IMG/VR virus record: IMGVR_UViG_3300028840_002190
DNA: 64,000 bases
From: a virus
Reading direction: 5' to 3' (one strand)
Shown here one piece after another: positions 24,359 to 34,617 of this stretch; the first letter of the stretch is position 1, and every line of letters starts with the position of its first letter. The notes under the pieces were generated by a model that saw nothing but the letters and a program-made list of their open reading frames with translations, made no database searches and was not told where the DNA came from. The translations under genes were made by a program, and so were the position numbers.

Positions 24359-27234
24359 GCCACCAGGTGCAGGCCAATCGTATTGAGGACCATCGGGAGA
24401 TCGACGCTGACGTACGCCTCGATCCGGTCCGTGCTCAAGTCTGATTCTTCCACACCATCGATGACCGCGTCAATGAGAGGCGGCCCAATACGCGTAACAT
24501 AGCGCGCCTTGAGGTTATCGATGGTCGTCCGGATAGCCTGCCGGATGAACTCGATAGCCTCGGGCGTCACGTTCCAGATCCCCAAGAAGGGGAGGAGCGT
24601 GTCGAGGAACGTCCAGGAGATGAAGTCGAAGTTCTTCACCACCATGTACTCACCCGTTTCGAGCGCGGTAGTGTCGGTCGTGACCTCGTGGACGCTGTAA
24701 GGAAGCGCCGTCGGGTTATCCTGGATGAATACGTAGACTCCGCCGTTGGACAGGTCGGTGATCTGCTGCTCGTTGAAGTACTCGCTCGAGTTGTAGAGCT
24801 TGGTGATCCCAGCAATGCCCAGGTTCGTGAAGCCTTGTTGTGAAGGCTGACCGGCAGTCTGCCCACCGACGGCGCAAGCCAGGTAGTAACCCGGCTGCGG
24901 ATCCGCTTCTGCCGGAGTGCTTGCACCGTAGCGCGGCTTGCTTCCGTCCACGAGACCTGAGACGTCTACTTCATCCGGGTAGGCCAGAAGCAAGCGCTTA
25001 CTAGCGAAGCTCGAAGCCGTAGAGACCATGGTCGTGACCTGTTCAGTCTTGTCCATGTCTCGCATGATCCGGAAGAAGATTTCTCCGTTGGTGACGTCCT
25101 CGAGCTGACCACTAACGAGGGTCCTCTTGAACAGGTGCGGAAGCTCATTGGCTACCGTCGAGGTATTCGAACCTTCGTTTCGGACTTCAATCCGTTCCTG
25201 ACTGAGAACGGCGTTCACCTCCCAAGTCTGAGACGTGGCGAGATCTCCCCAGTCCCCAGGATCGGATTCACAGTCCACCGGCATCTCCAAGATGTCTCCA
25301 GGGATAACGCCATCGGTGATGAACGTCGCGCCCGGGGACTGGAGAATGAGATAGTAGTTGTCCAAGTTTTTGGCTTCGACAACGATGTCCGCCGCTCCCG
25401 CAGCGACCGTGATTGCCCCACCGATCTTGGAAGCACCAGTGCTGTCCTGGATATCGATCTGCTGGACGTTGGGGCCAGGAACACCCGTGTTGTCCATGTC
25501 GTAGCCGCCTGCCAACCAGTTGTCCCAAGTGTTGGGTCCCGCACCCCACACGGGGAGACCCTGTTGCGTCACAGGTTGAGCGGTGCGCAGATCCACCTCG
25601 AAAGACTCAGCAGGTCCAGCTACTGTTCCGTTGTAATGGGCCACATCCCAGGTCATTTCGTGGTTAGCGACACCGTCCCAGAGCTTGACCCAAAGCTTAT
25701 CACCAGGAACCAACTTCGCACCGGCATTACCGAGGGTCGGCAGAGATGCCCCGGAGATTTCTACAGTGCGGTAGTCATCGTTAACCGGCACGACAGGAGC
25801 AGTCCCCGACTTTTGCAAAGTCGAGGCTCCCCCCGTCACGTCCTTGACGATCTTCTGAGTCTCGAGTTCGACCGCCCCCAGAATCACGCGGAACTTCTGT
25901 TTGATTCCGTTGGTGAGCACGTAGTTCGGGTCGGACAGGTTCTCGACCGTCGACTTCAGGGTCGCCAAGACCGTGGTGTTGTAGGTCAAGGGGACGATGG
26001 CGTAGATATCACGTTCCGCGCTGACACGGTCGATGAAGTCGAGATACGCCAGTTCCTCCGTGGCGAAGTTGCCGAGGCCGTAAACCTTGACCGGAGTCGT
26101 GGTGTTGAGGGCAGCCACATACGCACCTACGTACAGAGGGTTACGTGCGTCGAGCTTACCCAGCGTAGTGGTCATCTCAGCAGTCGAAGTCAGCGTGTTG
26201 ATCTCTTGCAGATCCGTACGCTGCGCCATGTACTCCACGTAGATCTCCGCGTAGGTGATAGGGAGCCCCGTGAGGGTCCCTACATCCACGGTGATACCTG
26301 CGTCGATGGTGATGGAGTTACCGCTCACACTGAAATCGGTGCTGTCCAGCTCGACGTCGCTGAGCTCACGCTCGAAGCGCCACTTCTCCGTTGAGGCTCC
26401 TGGAGGGGGACCGATATAGTCCGTTGCGAAGTCGGAATTCATCCGAGCGTTGCACCAGTCGTACATCGACCCGGTCGCGGTGTCCTGGCATCGAATTGTC
26501 CCACTGGGAGATTGGACAACAACCTGGCATACAGGGGCGGCGAGAAGGTTACCTGGTCCGGGGATAACCTCTTCCACTTCGAGAACTTTCTGGCTGATAA
26601 CACGCTTGACAGTGTACGAACCGTCCCGTGACGTACCGCCTGCGTCTGCGCTAATTGTCAGAGTGTCTCCAGGGGCAACCCCATTGGTTTGGAAGTTCAG
26701 GGCGGCACCTGAGTTGTCATAGAACGTGTAGCACAACTCGCGGACCGTCTTCTTGTAATCCGCCGAAACACCGGCGTTGTACTGAGTAAAGAGCAGATCC
26801 CCGGGAGCCACATTCGCCTGACCGAGGTGCTGACCTCCACCACCAGGACCGGTGTTGGCCTCGAACAAATTGTCGTTCTGGTAGTAGCGACCATACGCCG
26901 GAGCCGAACCATCATGCTCCGCTACGACCGCCCTGGCCTCGTCAAAGAAAATCCGGACACTGTCGGCATCCAGGATCGCCCCCGACTCAACATTCGGCGG
27001 ATCCGACAACGTCACAGCCGTGGGTGCCGTGTAGTTATCACTTCCCGGCACAGGAATGGCGCCATCTTCAACGCCGTAGTCGGAACTCGCTTGGCAATCG
27101 GACTTGTCATCCAGGTAGTCCAGAATCTGATACGCGTAGCCCACTACGATGACGTTCAGGTCCGGAATGTCAGGGGCTACCGTGATGCTTTCGTACTCCT
27201 GAAAAACAATCACGTTAGGTCGTTGCATAGCCAT
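24355..27234 (-). CDS. Contractile tail sheath protein
   Basis: About 960 aa; C-terminal sheath signature (YLACAVGG...LSNGGV...DFIS...RIEAYVSVDLPMVLNTI); start 27234 after GGAGGAG. Confidence 0.85.
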   Translation of the reverse strand: MAMQRPNVIVFQEYESITVAPDIPDLNVIVVGYAYQILDYLDDKSDCQASSDYGVEDGAIPVPGSDNYTAPTAVTLSDPPNVESGAILDADSVRIFFDEARAVVAEHDGSAPAYGRYYQNDNLFEANTGPGGGGQHLGQANVAPGDLLFTQYNAGVSADYKKTVRELCYTFYDNSGAALNFQTNGVAPGDTLTISADAGGTSRDGSYTVKRVISQKVLEVEEVIPGPGNLLAAPVCQVVVQSPSGTIRCQDTATGSMYDWCNARMNSDFATDYIGPPPGASTEKWRFERELSDVELDSTDFSVSGNSITIDAGITVDVGTLTGLPITYAEIYVEYMAQRTDLQEINTLTSTAEMTTTLGKLDARNPLYVGAYVAALNTTTPVKVYGLGNFATEELAYLDFIDRVSAERDIYAIVPLTYNTTVLATLKSTVENLSDPNYVLTNGIKQKFRVILGAVELETQKIVKDVTGGASTLQKSGTAPVVPVNDDYRTVEISGASLPTLGNAGAKLVPGDKLWVKLWDGVANHEMTWDVAHYNGTVAGPAESFEVDLRTAQPVTQQGLPVWGAGPNTWDNWLAGGYDMDNTGVPGPNVQQIDIQDSTGASKIGGAITVAAGAADIVVEAKNLDNYYLILQSPGATFITDGVIPGDILEMPVDCESDPGDWGDLATSQTWEVNAVLSQERIEVRNEGSNTSTVANELPHLFKRTLVSGQLEDVTNGEIFFRIMRDMDKTEQVTTMVSTASSFASKRLLLAYPDEVDVSGLVDGSKPRYGASTPAEADPQPGYYLACAVGGQTAGQPSQQGFTNLGIAGITKLYNSSEYFNEQQITDLSNGGVYVFIQDNPTALPYSVHEVTTDTTALETGEYMVVKNFDFISWTFLDTLLPFLGIWNVTPEAIEFIRQAIRTTIDNLKARYVTRIGPPLIDAVIDGVEESDLSTDRIEAYVSVDLPMVLNTIGLHLVA

Positions 27235-27284
27235 GGGGTCTCCTCCACGTCTGTACGCGTCTATGTGCTCGTCCAATTATACGG

Positions 27285-28013
27285 TCAACCACTGTGATCG
27301 CGTAGTGCAATTTCGTGGTAGACCAATTGAGCATTCTGCGCATCTTGAATCTGCAGCGCGATTTCTCGCAAGAACGGAGCGATGGGACGCGTGGTCCAAC
27401 GCAAATCAAACTGCACGTTGAACTCAATAGTCGTTTGCCAGATGGTCTTGTCTTGCATCGTCTGGGGCTGCGTAGGACCCAGGACGGGGTTTGAGATTTC
27501 GTGGAACCCGAAGTCTTTCCGAAAGAGATCTCGAGTTGCGAGCACAAAGAACCAAGCCGTGTCTGCTAGAACACTGCACTCCCCTGCTGACTCCGACTCC
27601 ACCAGAAACGACATGGGCATGTTCGCCATGGCGTGATGGGCCTTGAGTCCGGAAGGGATGTACTTCCCAACGAAGTTGTCCACGTGGTGTTTCATAGGCG
27701 TCAACGCGCCGCGGTCTACGTAGATTGCGGGACGGTAATTTCGTACCTGCTTCTCAACGTTAAATGCCGCCTCAATGAGCAGCTTTCTAGGGACCCCGTC
27801 TTCACTACGTGGCTGCCCGTCCTCGTCGTCATCGGGTTTTAAATCAGGGTCCCACACCCAAGGAAGTGGCTCTCCAGGGTTGTCATTGAAGCGGTATCGA
27901 AGCGCTGCTATCCAGCACCCGATCACGGCGAGGGGCGTCCCCGGCATGATATCTTGGTGCTCCCCCTCCAAACGAGGCTGGTTAGGAGGCTGCGTTACTA
28001 CCACTCCACCCAT
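27285..28013 (-). CDS. Tail terminator/completion protein (putative)
   Basis: Position between neck genes and sheath; start refined to 28013. Confidence 0.55.
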   Translation of the reverse strand: MGGVVVTQPPNQPRLEGEHQDIMPGTPLAVIGCWIAALRYRFNDNPGEPLPWVWDPDLKPDDDEDGQPRSEDGVPRKLLIEAAFNVEKQVRNYRPAIYVDRGALTPMKHHVDNFVGKYIPSGLKAHHAMANMPMSFLVESESAGECSVLADTAWFFVLATRDLFRKDFGFHEISNPVLGPTQPQTMQDKTIWQTTIEFNVQFDLRWTTRPIAPFLREIALQIQDAQNAQLVYHEIALRDHSG

Positions 28014-28020
28014 TACATCC

Positions 28021-28905
28021 TCAGAACCAGAGGGGGTCGTGCCAAGGATCAACTTCAGGTCCGTACTCTCTCGAAGATCTGGAGAGTTCGGAAACCTGAA
28101 GTTCCTGATGCACGTCCACCGACTGTAGTTGTGTTGGGTTTGACATCTCAACAATGTAACGCGTGTCGTCACGCAAAAAGACGAGAATATCGTCTTTCTC
28201 CACACGCGGAATGTTGAGCATAATGACCGAAACCTTGTTCACATCTACGTTCCCTTCAGGCGCTATCTGCGTCTGTACTGGAGAACGTTGACGTTGTGCG
28301 TATCCGTAAACAGGGTCCCAATACCCTCCCAAGAATCCGGTACCCCAACAGTACTTACAGTGAGCACGAACTACCTGCGTGGTTCCTTTCGAAACACAAC
28401 GGTTACACTTTACACCCCATCGACGCTGTTTGAGCACTGCGACTTCGGTCCCTACAACTAACTTCAAAGCCTTCGCAGCATCGCGAATGAGTTTTCGCTG
28501 AATACCCTTGCGCCTTCGGTCCAGACCCGGCTCTAATTGCGCTACCGTTTCCACAGTTTGCGCGCCAAACCGACACACCACTTTGTAATAGATGACGCGG
28601 GTGAGAGAGAACAGATTGAGATCCCGGCGTTCACCACCCACCACAGTGGGCTGATTGAAGTTTTCATCTACGTAAAAGAAGGTGTCTTGGAGGTCAGTAG
28701 TTAACTCTTCCCAGGGGCCTTCTGAAGATCCTGCCCGGTAAACATCAAAAAAGAAACCCTCACCGGCGGGAGGCTTTCTGAGAGTCCACTGGATGAATAC
28801 TCGGCGAGGGAAAGACGCAACGGTCCGGGTCACCTCTACGCTGAACTCTGACGGTAGCGGAGAGGTCTTTTGCTTACCATAGGTCTGCGAGTAGGGCGTT
28901 CCCAT
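28021..28905 (-). CDS. Head closure/neck protein with FN3-like N-terminus and Zn finger (putative)
   Basis: VFIQWT...FDVYRA; CNRC...HCKYCWGTGFLGGY; synteny. Confidence 0.6.
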   Translation of the reverse strand: MGTPYSQTYGKQKTSPLPSEFSVEVTRTVASFPRRVFIQWTLRKPPAGEGFFFDVYRAGSSEGPWEELTTDLQDTFFYVDENFNQPTVVGGERRDLNLFSLTRVIYYKVVCRFGAQTVETVAQLEPGLDRRRKGIQRKLIRDAAKALKLVVGTEVAVLKQRRWGVKCNRCVSKGTTQVVRAHCKYCWGTGFLGGYWDPVYGYAQRQRSPVQTQIAPEGNVDVNKVSVIMLNIPRVEKDDILVFLRDDTRYIVEMSNPTQLQSVDVHQELQVSELSRSSREYGPEVDPWHDPLWF

Positions 28906-28908
28906 ATC

Positions 28909-29256
28909 CTAGTACTGCGGATACCCCATCAAACGAGGGTCCGGTTCAGGCTGGTATGGCGCCTGTGGGGTCTGGTAAAGCAGCTCCGGATACGCTTCAA
29001 GAAGCTGATTCAGCTCTTCAGCTTCCTGCTGAGCCTTCTGCTCCCCCTTACCCATAGCCGTGGCGATACCGCCCACACCTGCTGCCCCAAGACCGACGCC
29101 AAGCTTTCCGCGGTGAGCCATGAGGAGATTCTTGAGCTTCGTACCGCCGCCCCGGAACACCTCTCCCATAGGCGGAACAGGCCCGGCAGCAGACTTTTCG
29201 AAGACTTTTTGCTGGTCCAAGAACTCGGCAATTTTTTCACGCAGAGCTGGGCTCAT
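28909..29256 (-). CDS. Small KxA-motif glycine-zipper protein
   Basis: EKIA, EKSAA; GVGLGAAGVGG. Confidence 0.7.
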   Translation of the reverse strand: MSPALREKIAEFLDQQKVFEKSAAGPVPPMGEVFRGGGTKLKNLLMAHRGKLGVGLGAAGVGGIATAMGKGEQKAQQEAEELNQLLEAYPELLYQTPQAPYQPEPDPRLMGYPQY

Positions 29257-29266
29257 GTTCTTCCTC

Positions 29267-29770
29267 CTAGATCTTCCGATACCAGCGGCCTACCCACTTG
29301 TATCCAGAAGAGATACCACCGTACGCGCCGCCGCCCCCACTCGTCAAGCCGCCCCACCCACCTTCCATGTTGGCTTGCGTCTTAACAGCGCGGGCAATTT
29401 TCTCGAACTCTGCGCAGAACCAATCCGCCCAACGCATGTAGAGAGATTCTTTCTCATCAAGCCCGACTGGGGCTATCCCACCGTCTTGAGCTTGGACCTG
29501 ATTGCGCAGTTGTCGCGCACCTTCAGAGCGGAACAGGATACAACACACACCGGTCAGGAGCATCCACGCATTCATCTGCTCAGCGTAGATATTCGTGATA
29601 GGTGTCATCACATTGTACTTAGAGACAGCCAAGTCAATGGCGTTGTTGATCTCGGTGTCGTCCCACTCAACGTCCTCGAGAAGAGGGTTCTTCTCAGGCT
29701 GGTCCCTCAAGAACATCCGGATAATATCCATTGTGAGAGGGGCAGCGTTGGAGTTAAGCGCAACAACCAC
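29267..29770 (-). CDS. Head-tail adaptor (putative)
   Basis: 167 aa helical IRMFLRD...DTEINNAIDLA; synteny. Confidence 0.6.
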   Translation of the reverse strand: MVVALNSNAAPLTMDIIRMFLRDQPEKNPLLEDVEWDDTEINNAIDLAVSKYNVMTPITNIYAEQMNAWMLLTGVCCILFRSEGARQLRNQVQAQDGGIAPVGLDEKESLYMRWADWFCAEFEKIARAVKTQANMEGGWGGLTSGGGGAYGGISSGYKWVGRWYRKI

Positions 29771-30567
29771 TAGAGCACCTGTTCTTTTACGAGGTAAAGC
29801 GTCACATATTTATCGGAACCCACAGGAACTCCCGAAGCCGTTTCCTGGACCATAACTTCTTCCGTCGCCAAGAAAGGAACATCCACGGCATGTTCATCAG
29901 CGGCACCACTCACTGCGGCTAGGATCTTCCGGGGGTTCGCACCACCCTTGTCTTGCAGGTACACATCAACGGTAGACCCGGCCCCGCAAACGAGGCTCAC
30001 AGACTTGAGAGTTACGTTTCGAGGCCCAGGAGTAAACGCAAAGACGCCCCCGTCATCTTGTACGGCTTGAGCAACCGTCGGCTGTACGAACTTAGGGGTT
30101 CCTGCAGCAACGAAAGGAGCCCCAGTACCGGGCAGCGTCACGGAGAAAGCAGCAGCGACGTTTGCGTCAGCGGCAAGCGCGGCTTGAAGGAGCGCGTAAG
30201 TCGTGGTGCCCGGGACGTACTCGATGAAAATCGTCCAGGGGGCACCTACACGCACGGTTAGCGCAGCACCTTCAGACATCACTACCTTAGTTCCGAGGCC
30301 GTCTACGGTAGTATTCAACGCTTTCAGGACCACCTGCGCGTTAACGTCAGCAGGGTCTCCGATAAGACATTCAGGTTGGATGTCGGAGTACATGTAAACG
30401 CCGTCAGCGTAGTAGGCACCGTCCAGGGGATCAATCTGCGGGGGGCCAGTAATCACCGGCGCAACACCATTGAATTGGGCTGCCAACTTCACACGTTGAC
30501 GCACCGCAACCAGTTCGTTTCCGATAATCGTCTTCGACTCCACAGTCCGGGTCGGAATGCCTGCCAT
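29770..30567 (-). CDS. Virion structural protein
   Basis: 265 aa, AGGAGG RBS, TATACTT upstream. Confidence 0.65.
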   Translation of the reverse strand: MAGIPTRTVESKTIIGNELVAVRQRVKLAAQFNGVAPVITGPPQIDPLDGAYYADGVYMYSDIQPECLIGDPADVNAQVVLKALNTTVDGLGTKVVMSEGAALTVRVGAPWTIFIEYVPGTTTYALLQAALAADANVAAAFSVTLPGTGAPFVAAGTPKFVQPTVAQAVQDDGGVFAFTPGPRNVTLKSVSLVCGAGSTVDVYLQDKGGANPRKILAAVSGAADEHAVDVPFLATEEVMVQETASGVPVGSDKYVTLYLVKEQVL

Positions 30568-30611
30568 GACGTAGCCTCCTAACCAAAAGCTGCACTAAGT
30601 ATAGCGCAGAT

Positions 30612-31253
30612 CTACTTGTTTTTCTTGTCCAATACGTCTTCTAGGACTTCCCGTAGGGCGTCCTCGACGGTAGCGGTATCTACGGAGGTGGTTTCGGTCT
30701 CGATGCGGTTTAGCGTCTGGCGTTGTGACTGCTGTTCTTCTCGCACTTGGCCCACTGCGACCTTGAGCTCTTCTACAGCCTTACTGGACTGTTTCGCAGT
30801 CTCTTCTAAACGTACATGGGAGTACACCCATCCCCCACCCGCAGTAATGAGGAGGAGGATCATACCGACTAGCCCGCGAAGAAACCATGTGCCCCAGAAG
30901 TTTACCGTTTTCTCCACGAGATCGATCCTTTCCTCAGACGTGCACACGTGGTGCCCTGCAGCATCTTTAGCACTTGATGCTACGTCCTGCACGCCCGTGA
31001 TGTCTTTTCCAAGATCACGGCGCACATCTGTGATGTCCTCGATAAACTCGGAACGCAGCTTATCGAGCTGGGTTTGGAGGTCTTTAAATTTCTCTTTAAC
31101 GCTTTCGAGCGCGGGTTTGTAGTGCGCCTTGTCGACTTTGCCGTGCTCGAGTCGGCTGAGTTCCCGCTCGATCCATTTGAGTCCATTGCCGTTACTTGTC
31201 GAAAACGAACTCCGGGGGGTGGCCGGAGGTCGGGAATCCATCGAGTCGCCCAT
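30612..31253 (-). CDS. Coiled-coil membrane protein (holin/spanin-like, uncertain)
   Basis: Heptad repeats flanking one TM segment (FLRGLVGMILLLITAGGGW). Confidence 0.6.
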   Translation of the reverse strand: MGDSMDSRPPATPRSSFSTSNGNGLKWIERELSRLEHGKVDKAHYKPALESVKEKFKDLQTQLDKLRSEFIEDITDVRRDLGKDITGVQDVASSAKDAAGHHVCTSEERIDLVEKTVNFWGTWFLRGLVGMILLLITAGGGWVYSHVRLEETAKQSSKAVEELKVAVGQVREEQQSQRQTLNRIETETTSVDTATVEDALREVLEDVLDKKNK

Positions 31254-31269
31254 GACAGTACCTCAAGTC

Positions 31270-31539
31270 TCACGTCGTGATCTCCCGATGCTCGGGGCCA
31301 AATTCATTTAACTTCTGAAAATGTACAGCCCAGCTTCGCCCATCATCGAGATCGAAGGTATCCACCCATTCTCCGTTGGCATCCGTAGTCGTGTGCGCAA
31401 CCCACGTACTGGTGTCCCCCGCCAAGAACTTCTCGAGTTCAAAAATCCGAATCTCCACTCCTTCGACAGCTACTCCTGAAGGAGACACTACCGCCATATC
31501 CCCGACATGCGGGTAATCGTGGTTTACAGAGACCGTCAT
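31270..31539 (-). CDS. Small prealbumin/carboxypeptidase-regulatory-like fold protein, paralog 2
   Basis: VNHDYP...VEGVEIRIF...TTTDANGEW. Confidence 0.7.
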   Translation of the reverse strand: MTVSVNHDYPHVGDMAVVSPSGVAVEGVEIRIFELEKFLAGDTSTWVAHTTTDANGEWVDTFDLDDGRSWAVHFQKLNEFGPEHREITT

Positions 31540-31817
31540 GTACTGATCTCCACGGTTTTTTCAGCGTACGTGAGGTTCCTGTTGAAGCTGACTACCCAGT
31601 CAGTACCGTCTGGTAGGTAGAGAGGGTCGAGCCACTTACCTTCACTGTCCGTAACGGTCGCGCCAGTCCAAGAGTATTCGTCACCAGCAGGAGGATAGGA
31701 AGCGGCAGCGTAAACTCTGATACGGACGTTCTTTATAGGTAGGCCTGTATCCTCGTCGGTCACGGAGAGGTTACCGGGCGTAGGATAGTCATGATCCACC
31801 TTCGTAGTCATACCCAA
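31536..31817 (-). CDS. Small prealbumin-like fold protein, paralog 1
   Basis: VDHDYP...IKNVRIRVY...TVTDSEGKW. Confidence 0.7.
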   Translation of the reverse strand: MGMTTKVDHDYPTPGNLSVTDEDTGLPIKNVRIRVYAAASYPPAGDEYSWTGATVTDSEGKWLDPLYLPDGTDWVVSFNRNLTYAEKTVEIST

Positions 31818-31874
31818 AAGAATACGACGTGGAACGTCGAATCACAACAACGATGTGGAAGGAAGAGGGGAGGT

Positions 31875-32372
31875 TTAGAGGTTCTCGATAGCCCACTCGA
31901 GGACCCGACCGGCGAAGGACTTGCTCACGCCTGCTTCGACAAGAGCATCTTCGTCGGCGTCGGCGAGCTCCTGGATAGTCGTGAAGGAGTCCAGCACCGA
32001 GTCGACGTTCTTCTCAGTGATACCTGGAGCATCGAGGAAGAGCTCGCGCAGTTCGGAATCCGAGTCCTGGGAGTCATCCGCGGGAGGTTCCTCTGGGGGC
32101 GGCTCCACCGGAGGAGCAATCGGCTCCTTGGGAGGCTCAGCCGGAGGCGCAGGAGCAGGCGCGGGAACGGGGGCCTTCTCCTTGACAGTCGGCGTCGTCA
32201 TCTCGAGTTCGCCGTTCTGGACGCCTTCCATGATCCGAGGATGGCGTGCAAGGGACGGGTGCACAGGCTTGGTCTGCCCAGCATCCAGCACCAATGGCCT
32301 CCCCGTCCCATCACGAAGGCCCGAATAGGCCCTACGTGCTTGGGTCGTATTCGTCAACTTCGCGTACTTCAT
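31875..32372 (-). CDS. Protein with Pro-rich linker and C-terminal helix-hairpin-helix domain
   Basis: DAPGITEK...LADADEDALVEAGVSKSFA; start refined to 32372 after GGAGG. Confidence 0.75.
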   Translation of the reverse strand: MKYAKLTNTTQARRAYSGLRDGTGRPLVLDAGQTKPVHPSLARHPRIMEGVQNGELEMTTPTVKEKAPVPAPAPAPPAEPPKEPIAPPVEPPPEEPPADDSQDSDSELRELFLDAPGITEKNVDSVLDSFTTIQELADADEDALVEAGVSKSFAGRVLEWAIENL

Positions 32373-32436
32373 TTTTGACTCCTCCAGTAGGAAGGGTAGG
32401 AAAGCCACTGGCTACTCCGTCACAAGACCAGTTCGA

Positions 32437-33348
32437 TTAGAACTGGATCTCTTGCATCGACAGCCGGTTACCCACTCCGATGCCCAGAGCCTCGTAGCTC
32501 CAGAACATGATGACGTCGGCTTCCTGCTTGATGAACAGGGTGGCGTCCTGCAGGAGATAGAAGTTCCCGAGGAAGTTGTTGGGCTTCTGTGGCGAGAAGA
32601 TCCACGCCTTGTCCTGGTCGTAGATGTCACCCTTGATCGTGGTGACGACCGGGATGCCCCACAGCCGCTCGGTAGCCTCGATGCCCTGATCGAAGTGGCG
32701 GGTGGCGATGTCATCACCGACCGTCACGGCGGGCAGGTCCAGCGCGTCGAAGTAGCGGTACTTCGTCATCAGCATCTTGCCGATGGGACGCCGACGACCA
32801 ATCATCTTCTGCATCGCACGCTTGAACGTGGAGCTCTGGAAACCACCACCGGTACGCTGCTCGACCGGGTTGGCGTTGATGATGTCCGTAACCAGCTCGT
32901 TCCACTTGCTGTCTTCCTCATCGGCCATGTCCTTGACCGAGTTGTCCGACAGGATCTTGCGGATGTCGCTGGTGTAGGTCATCAGCTCCCACTTGTTCTT
33001 CGTGAAGCGCTGAGACTCGATCTTCCCGAAGTAGATCGCATACCGCGGACCCTTGAACCAGGTGCGCGGACCAACGCCCTGGAACTGGACGAAGGTAGCG
33101 TAGGAGTCAGGCTCCTTATCGATGATCTTCTTCGGCTGATCCGTATCTTCGTCCCGGTCGATCTCTTCTTCAGAAATACCTTCCGGGGCGAGGATCTCAC
33201 GCACTGCCGCTTCTTGGCGCAGCTTCTCGCGGATGAACGCGGTGCTTTCCTCTGCGGCTTCCTTGACGCGCCCGTCCTCGATCTTCCGCACAAAGCTGGA
33301 GTTCACGAGCTGAGCGGTCACTTCCGGAGTTTCAACGTTGTAATCCAT
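32437..33348 (-). CDS. Major capsid protein (HK97 fold, putative)
   Basis: 303 aa, strongest codon bias in the window, follows protease/scaffold/decoration genes; GGAGG RBS. Confidence 0.75.
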   Translation of the reverse strand: MDYNVETPEVTAQLVNSSFVRKIEDGRVKEAAEESTAFIREKLRQEAAVREILAPEGISEEEIDRDEDTDQPKKIIDKEPDSYATFVQFQGVGPRTWFKGPRYAIYFGKIESQRFTKNKWELMTYTSDIRKILSDNSVKDMADEEDSKWNELVTDIINANPVEQRTGGGFQSSTFKRAMQKMIGRRRPIGKMLMTKYRYFDALDLPAVTVGDDIATRHFDQGIEATERLWGIPVVTTIKGDIYDQDKAWIFSPQKPNNFLGNFYLLQDATLFIKQEADVIMFWSYEALGIGVGNRLSMQEIQF

Positions 33349-33362
33349 GACGCGCCCTCCTA

Positions 33363-33869
33363 TTAGCGACCGTTGCTCTGCGGCATGATCACGTCGAGCG
33401 TGCCGTCAGAGTTCACACCGTTGGGGCCCACGAAACCGATGAGCGGCTCACCGGCGCCAGCGCCGACCGTCATCCTCTCGATCAAACCCGCGTCACCCAC
33501 CGTCCCCACCGTGAGGGGCTCGCCGGGATTGTACACGCCTGCCACGTACTGTTCGGTCTTCATCTCAAGACCGCCTTCGAGGCAGGTAATACGGTGCAGG
33601 AACGCACCGTCGTAATCCATGTCACCGTCGACCGCAACAGCGAACATGAACGGGTCGTTGGCCGTCCAAGTTGCGCGGTCTCCCAGGACGGCTTCACCGG
33701 CGGCGTCCATCATGACGATGGTGCCGGGGCGAATCGTACCTGGAGTCGGCGTGCCACCGGTCCCCGGACCCGGGGCACCAGAGACGTCCAGGATGACCAT
33801 AAGACTCGCAAGCGCGTTGGGGTGCGGGTCCCGGGTCACAATGTCGAAAAGAGAGTTCAGATTGCTCAT
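33363..33869 (-). CDS. Capsid decoration/cement protein (putative)
   Basis: 168 aa beta-rich, immediately upstream of MCP, strong codon bias. Confidence 0.6.
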   Translation of the reverse strand: MSNLNSLFDIVTRDPHPNALASLMVILDVSGAPGPGTGGTPTPGTIRPGTIVMMDAAGEAVLGDRATWTANDPFMFAVAVDGDMDYDGAFLHRITCLEGGLEMKTEQYVAGVYNPGEPLTVGTVGDAGLIERMTVGAGAGEPLIGFVGPNGVNSDGTLDVIMPQSNGR

Positions 33870-33881
33870 CGCATCCTCCGT

Positions 33882-34235
33882 TTAAGGTCCAGTGACCCAA
33901 CTGATGAAACGCGCGTCAGCGGACTCTCCTGCGGACGCCGTCTTTTCCGTGTCTCGTTCTTCTGGACCGCCCATGGAATCCACGCCGGTAGACTCACCGG
34001 CGAACTTTCCGATCATCTCAGCCACTTCGGGGTCGAGTCCCGCGAGCTTCTCGACAACTTTCTCATCCGGGTTCTCACCGGTGATCATGCCGATCTTTTC
34101 CGCGAGGTTCTTGGCAGCCGTCGCTCGCTTCGTCTGTTCCTCGTTCTGCTTACCGGACTCGATCTGCTCAACATAGTCCGCTAGCTTCTCGAGGACCGTA
34201 GCGATCTTCGGCAGCATTTCGGCGTCGATTTTCAT
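33882..34235 (-). CDS. KxA-motif scaffold-like protein
   Basis: PKIA, EKLA x2, EKTAS. Confidence 0.75.
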   Translation of the reverse strand: MKIDAEMLPKIATVLEKLADYVEQIESGKQNEEQTKRATAAKNLAEKIGMITGENPDEKVVEKLAGLDPEVAEMIGKFAGESTGVDSMGGPEERDTEKTASAGESADARFISWVTGP

Positions 34236-34390
34236 CGCTTATCCTCTCCTACAAGTCGCCGACGAAGCGCGTTCAGTCCTTGGACCGCAACCAGCACCTG
34301 CGCACACTTCTGCGTACGTTCCTGCTGCACCTGCTCCGAGGCCTTGCGAAGATCGCTGGCGAGCTTCCGTAGTTGCTCAGCAGTGGTCAT
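34232..34390 (-). CDS. 52-aa KxA-motif microprotein (not in ORF track)
   Basis: MTTAEQLRKLASDLRKASEQ...QKCAQ; ATGA overlaps at both ends. Confidence 0.7.
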   Translation of the reverse strand: MTTAEQLRKLASDLRKASEQVQQERTQKCAQVLVAVQGLNALRRRLVGEDKR

Positions 34391-34617
34391 TTCGAAACCG
34401 CCTCTTTCACTTGCGACCCAAAATTCATGACCTCATTATAGGTCACGGGAGCAAAACTCCCATCCCTAATTTCACGAGCTACCTTAATGAGGTCCTTCGC
34501 TACCTCCGCGGACATCGAAGCTTCGGGGAGTGCCGCCGCTTGCTTCTCCAGTCGCGAAGGTTCCACAGCCGACTTCACAGCCGACATGACTTCACGGACG
34601 TTGGGCAGACGCTTCAT
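34387..34617 (-). CDS. KxA-motif small protein
   Basis: EKQAA, IKVA. Confidence 0.7.
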   Translation of the reverse strand: MKRLPNVREVMSAVKSAVEPSRLEKQAAALPEASMSAEVAKDLIKVAREIRDGSFAPVTYNEVMNFGSQVKEAVSK

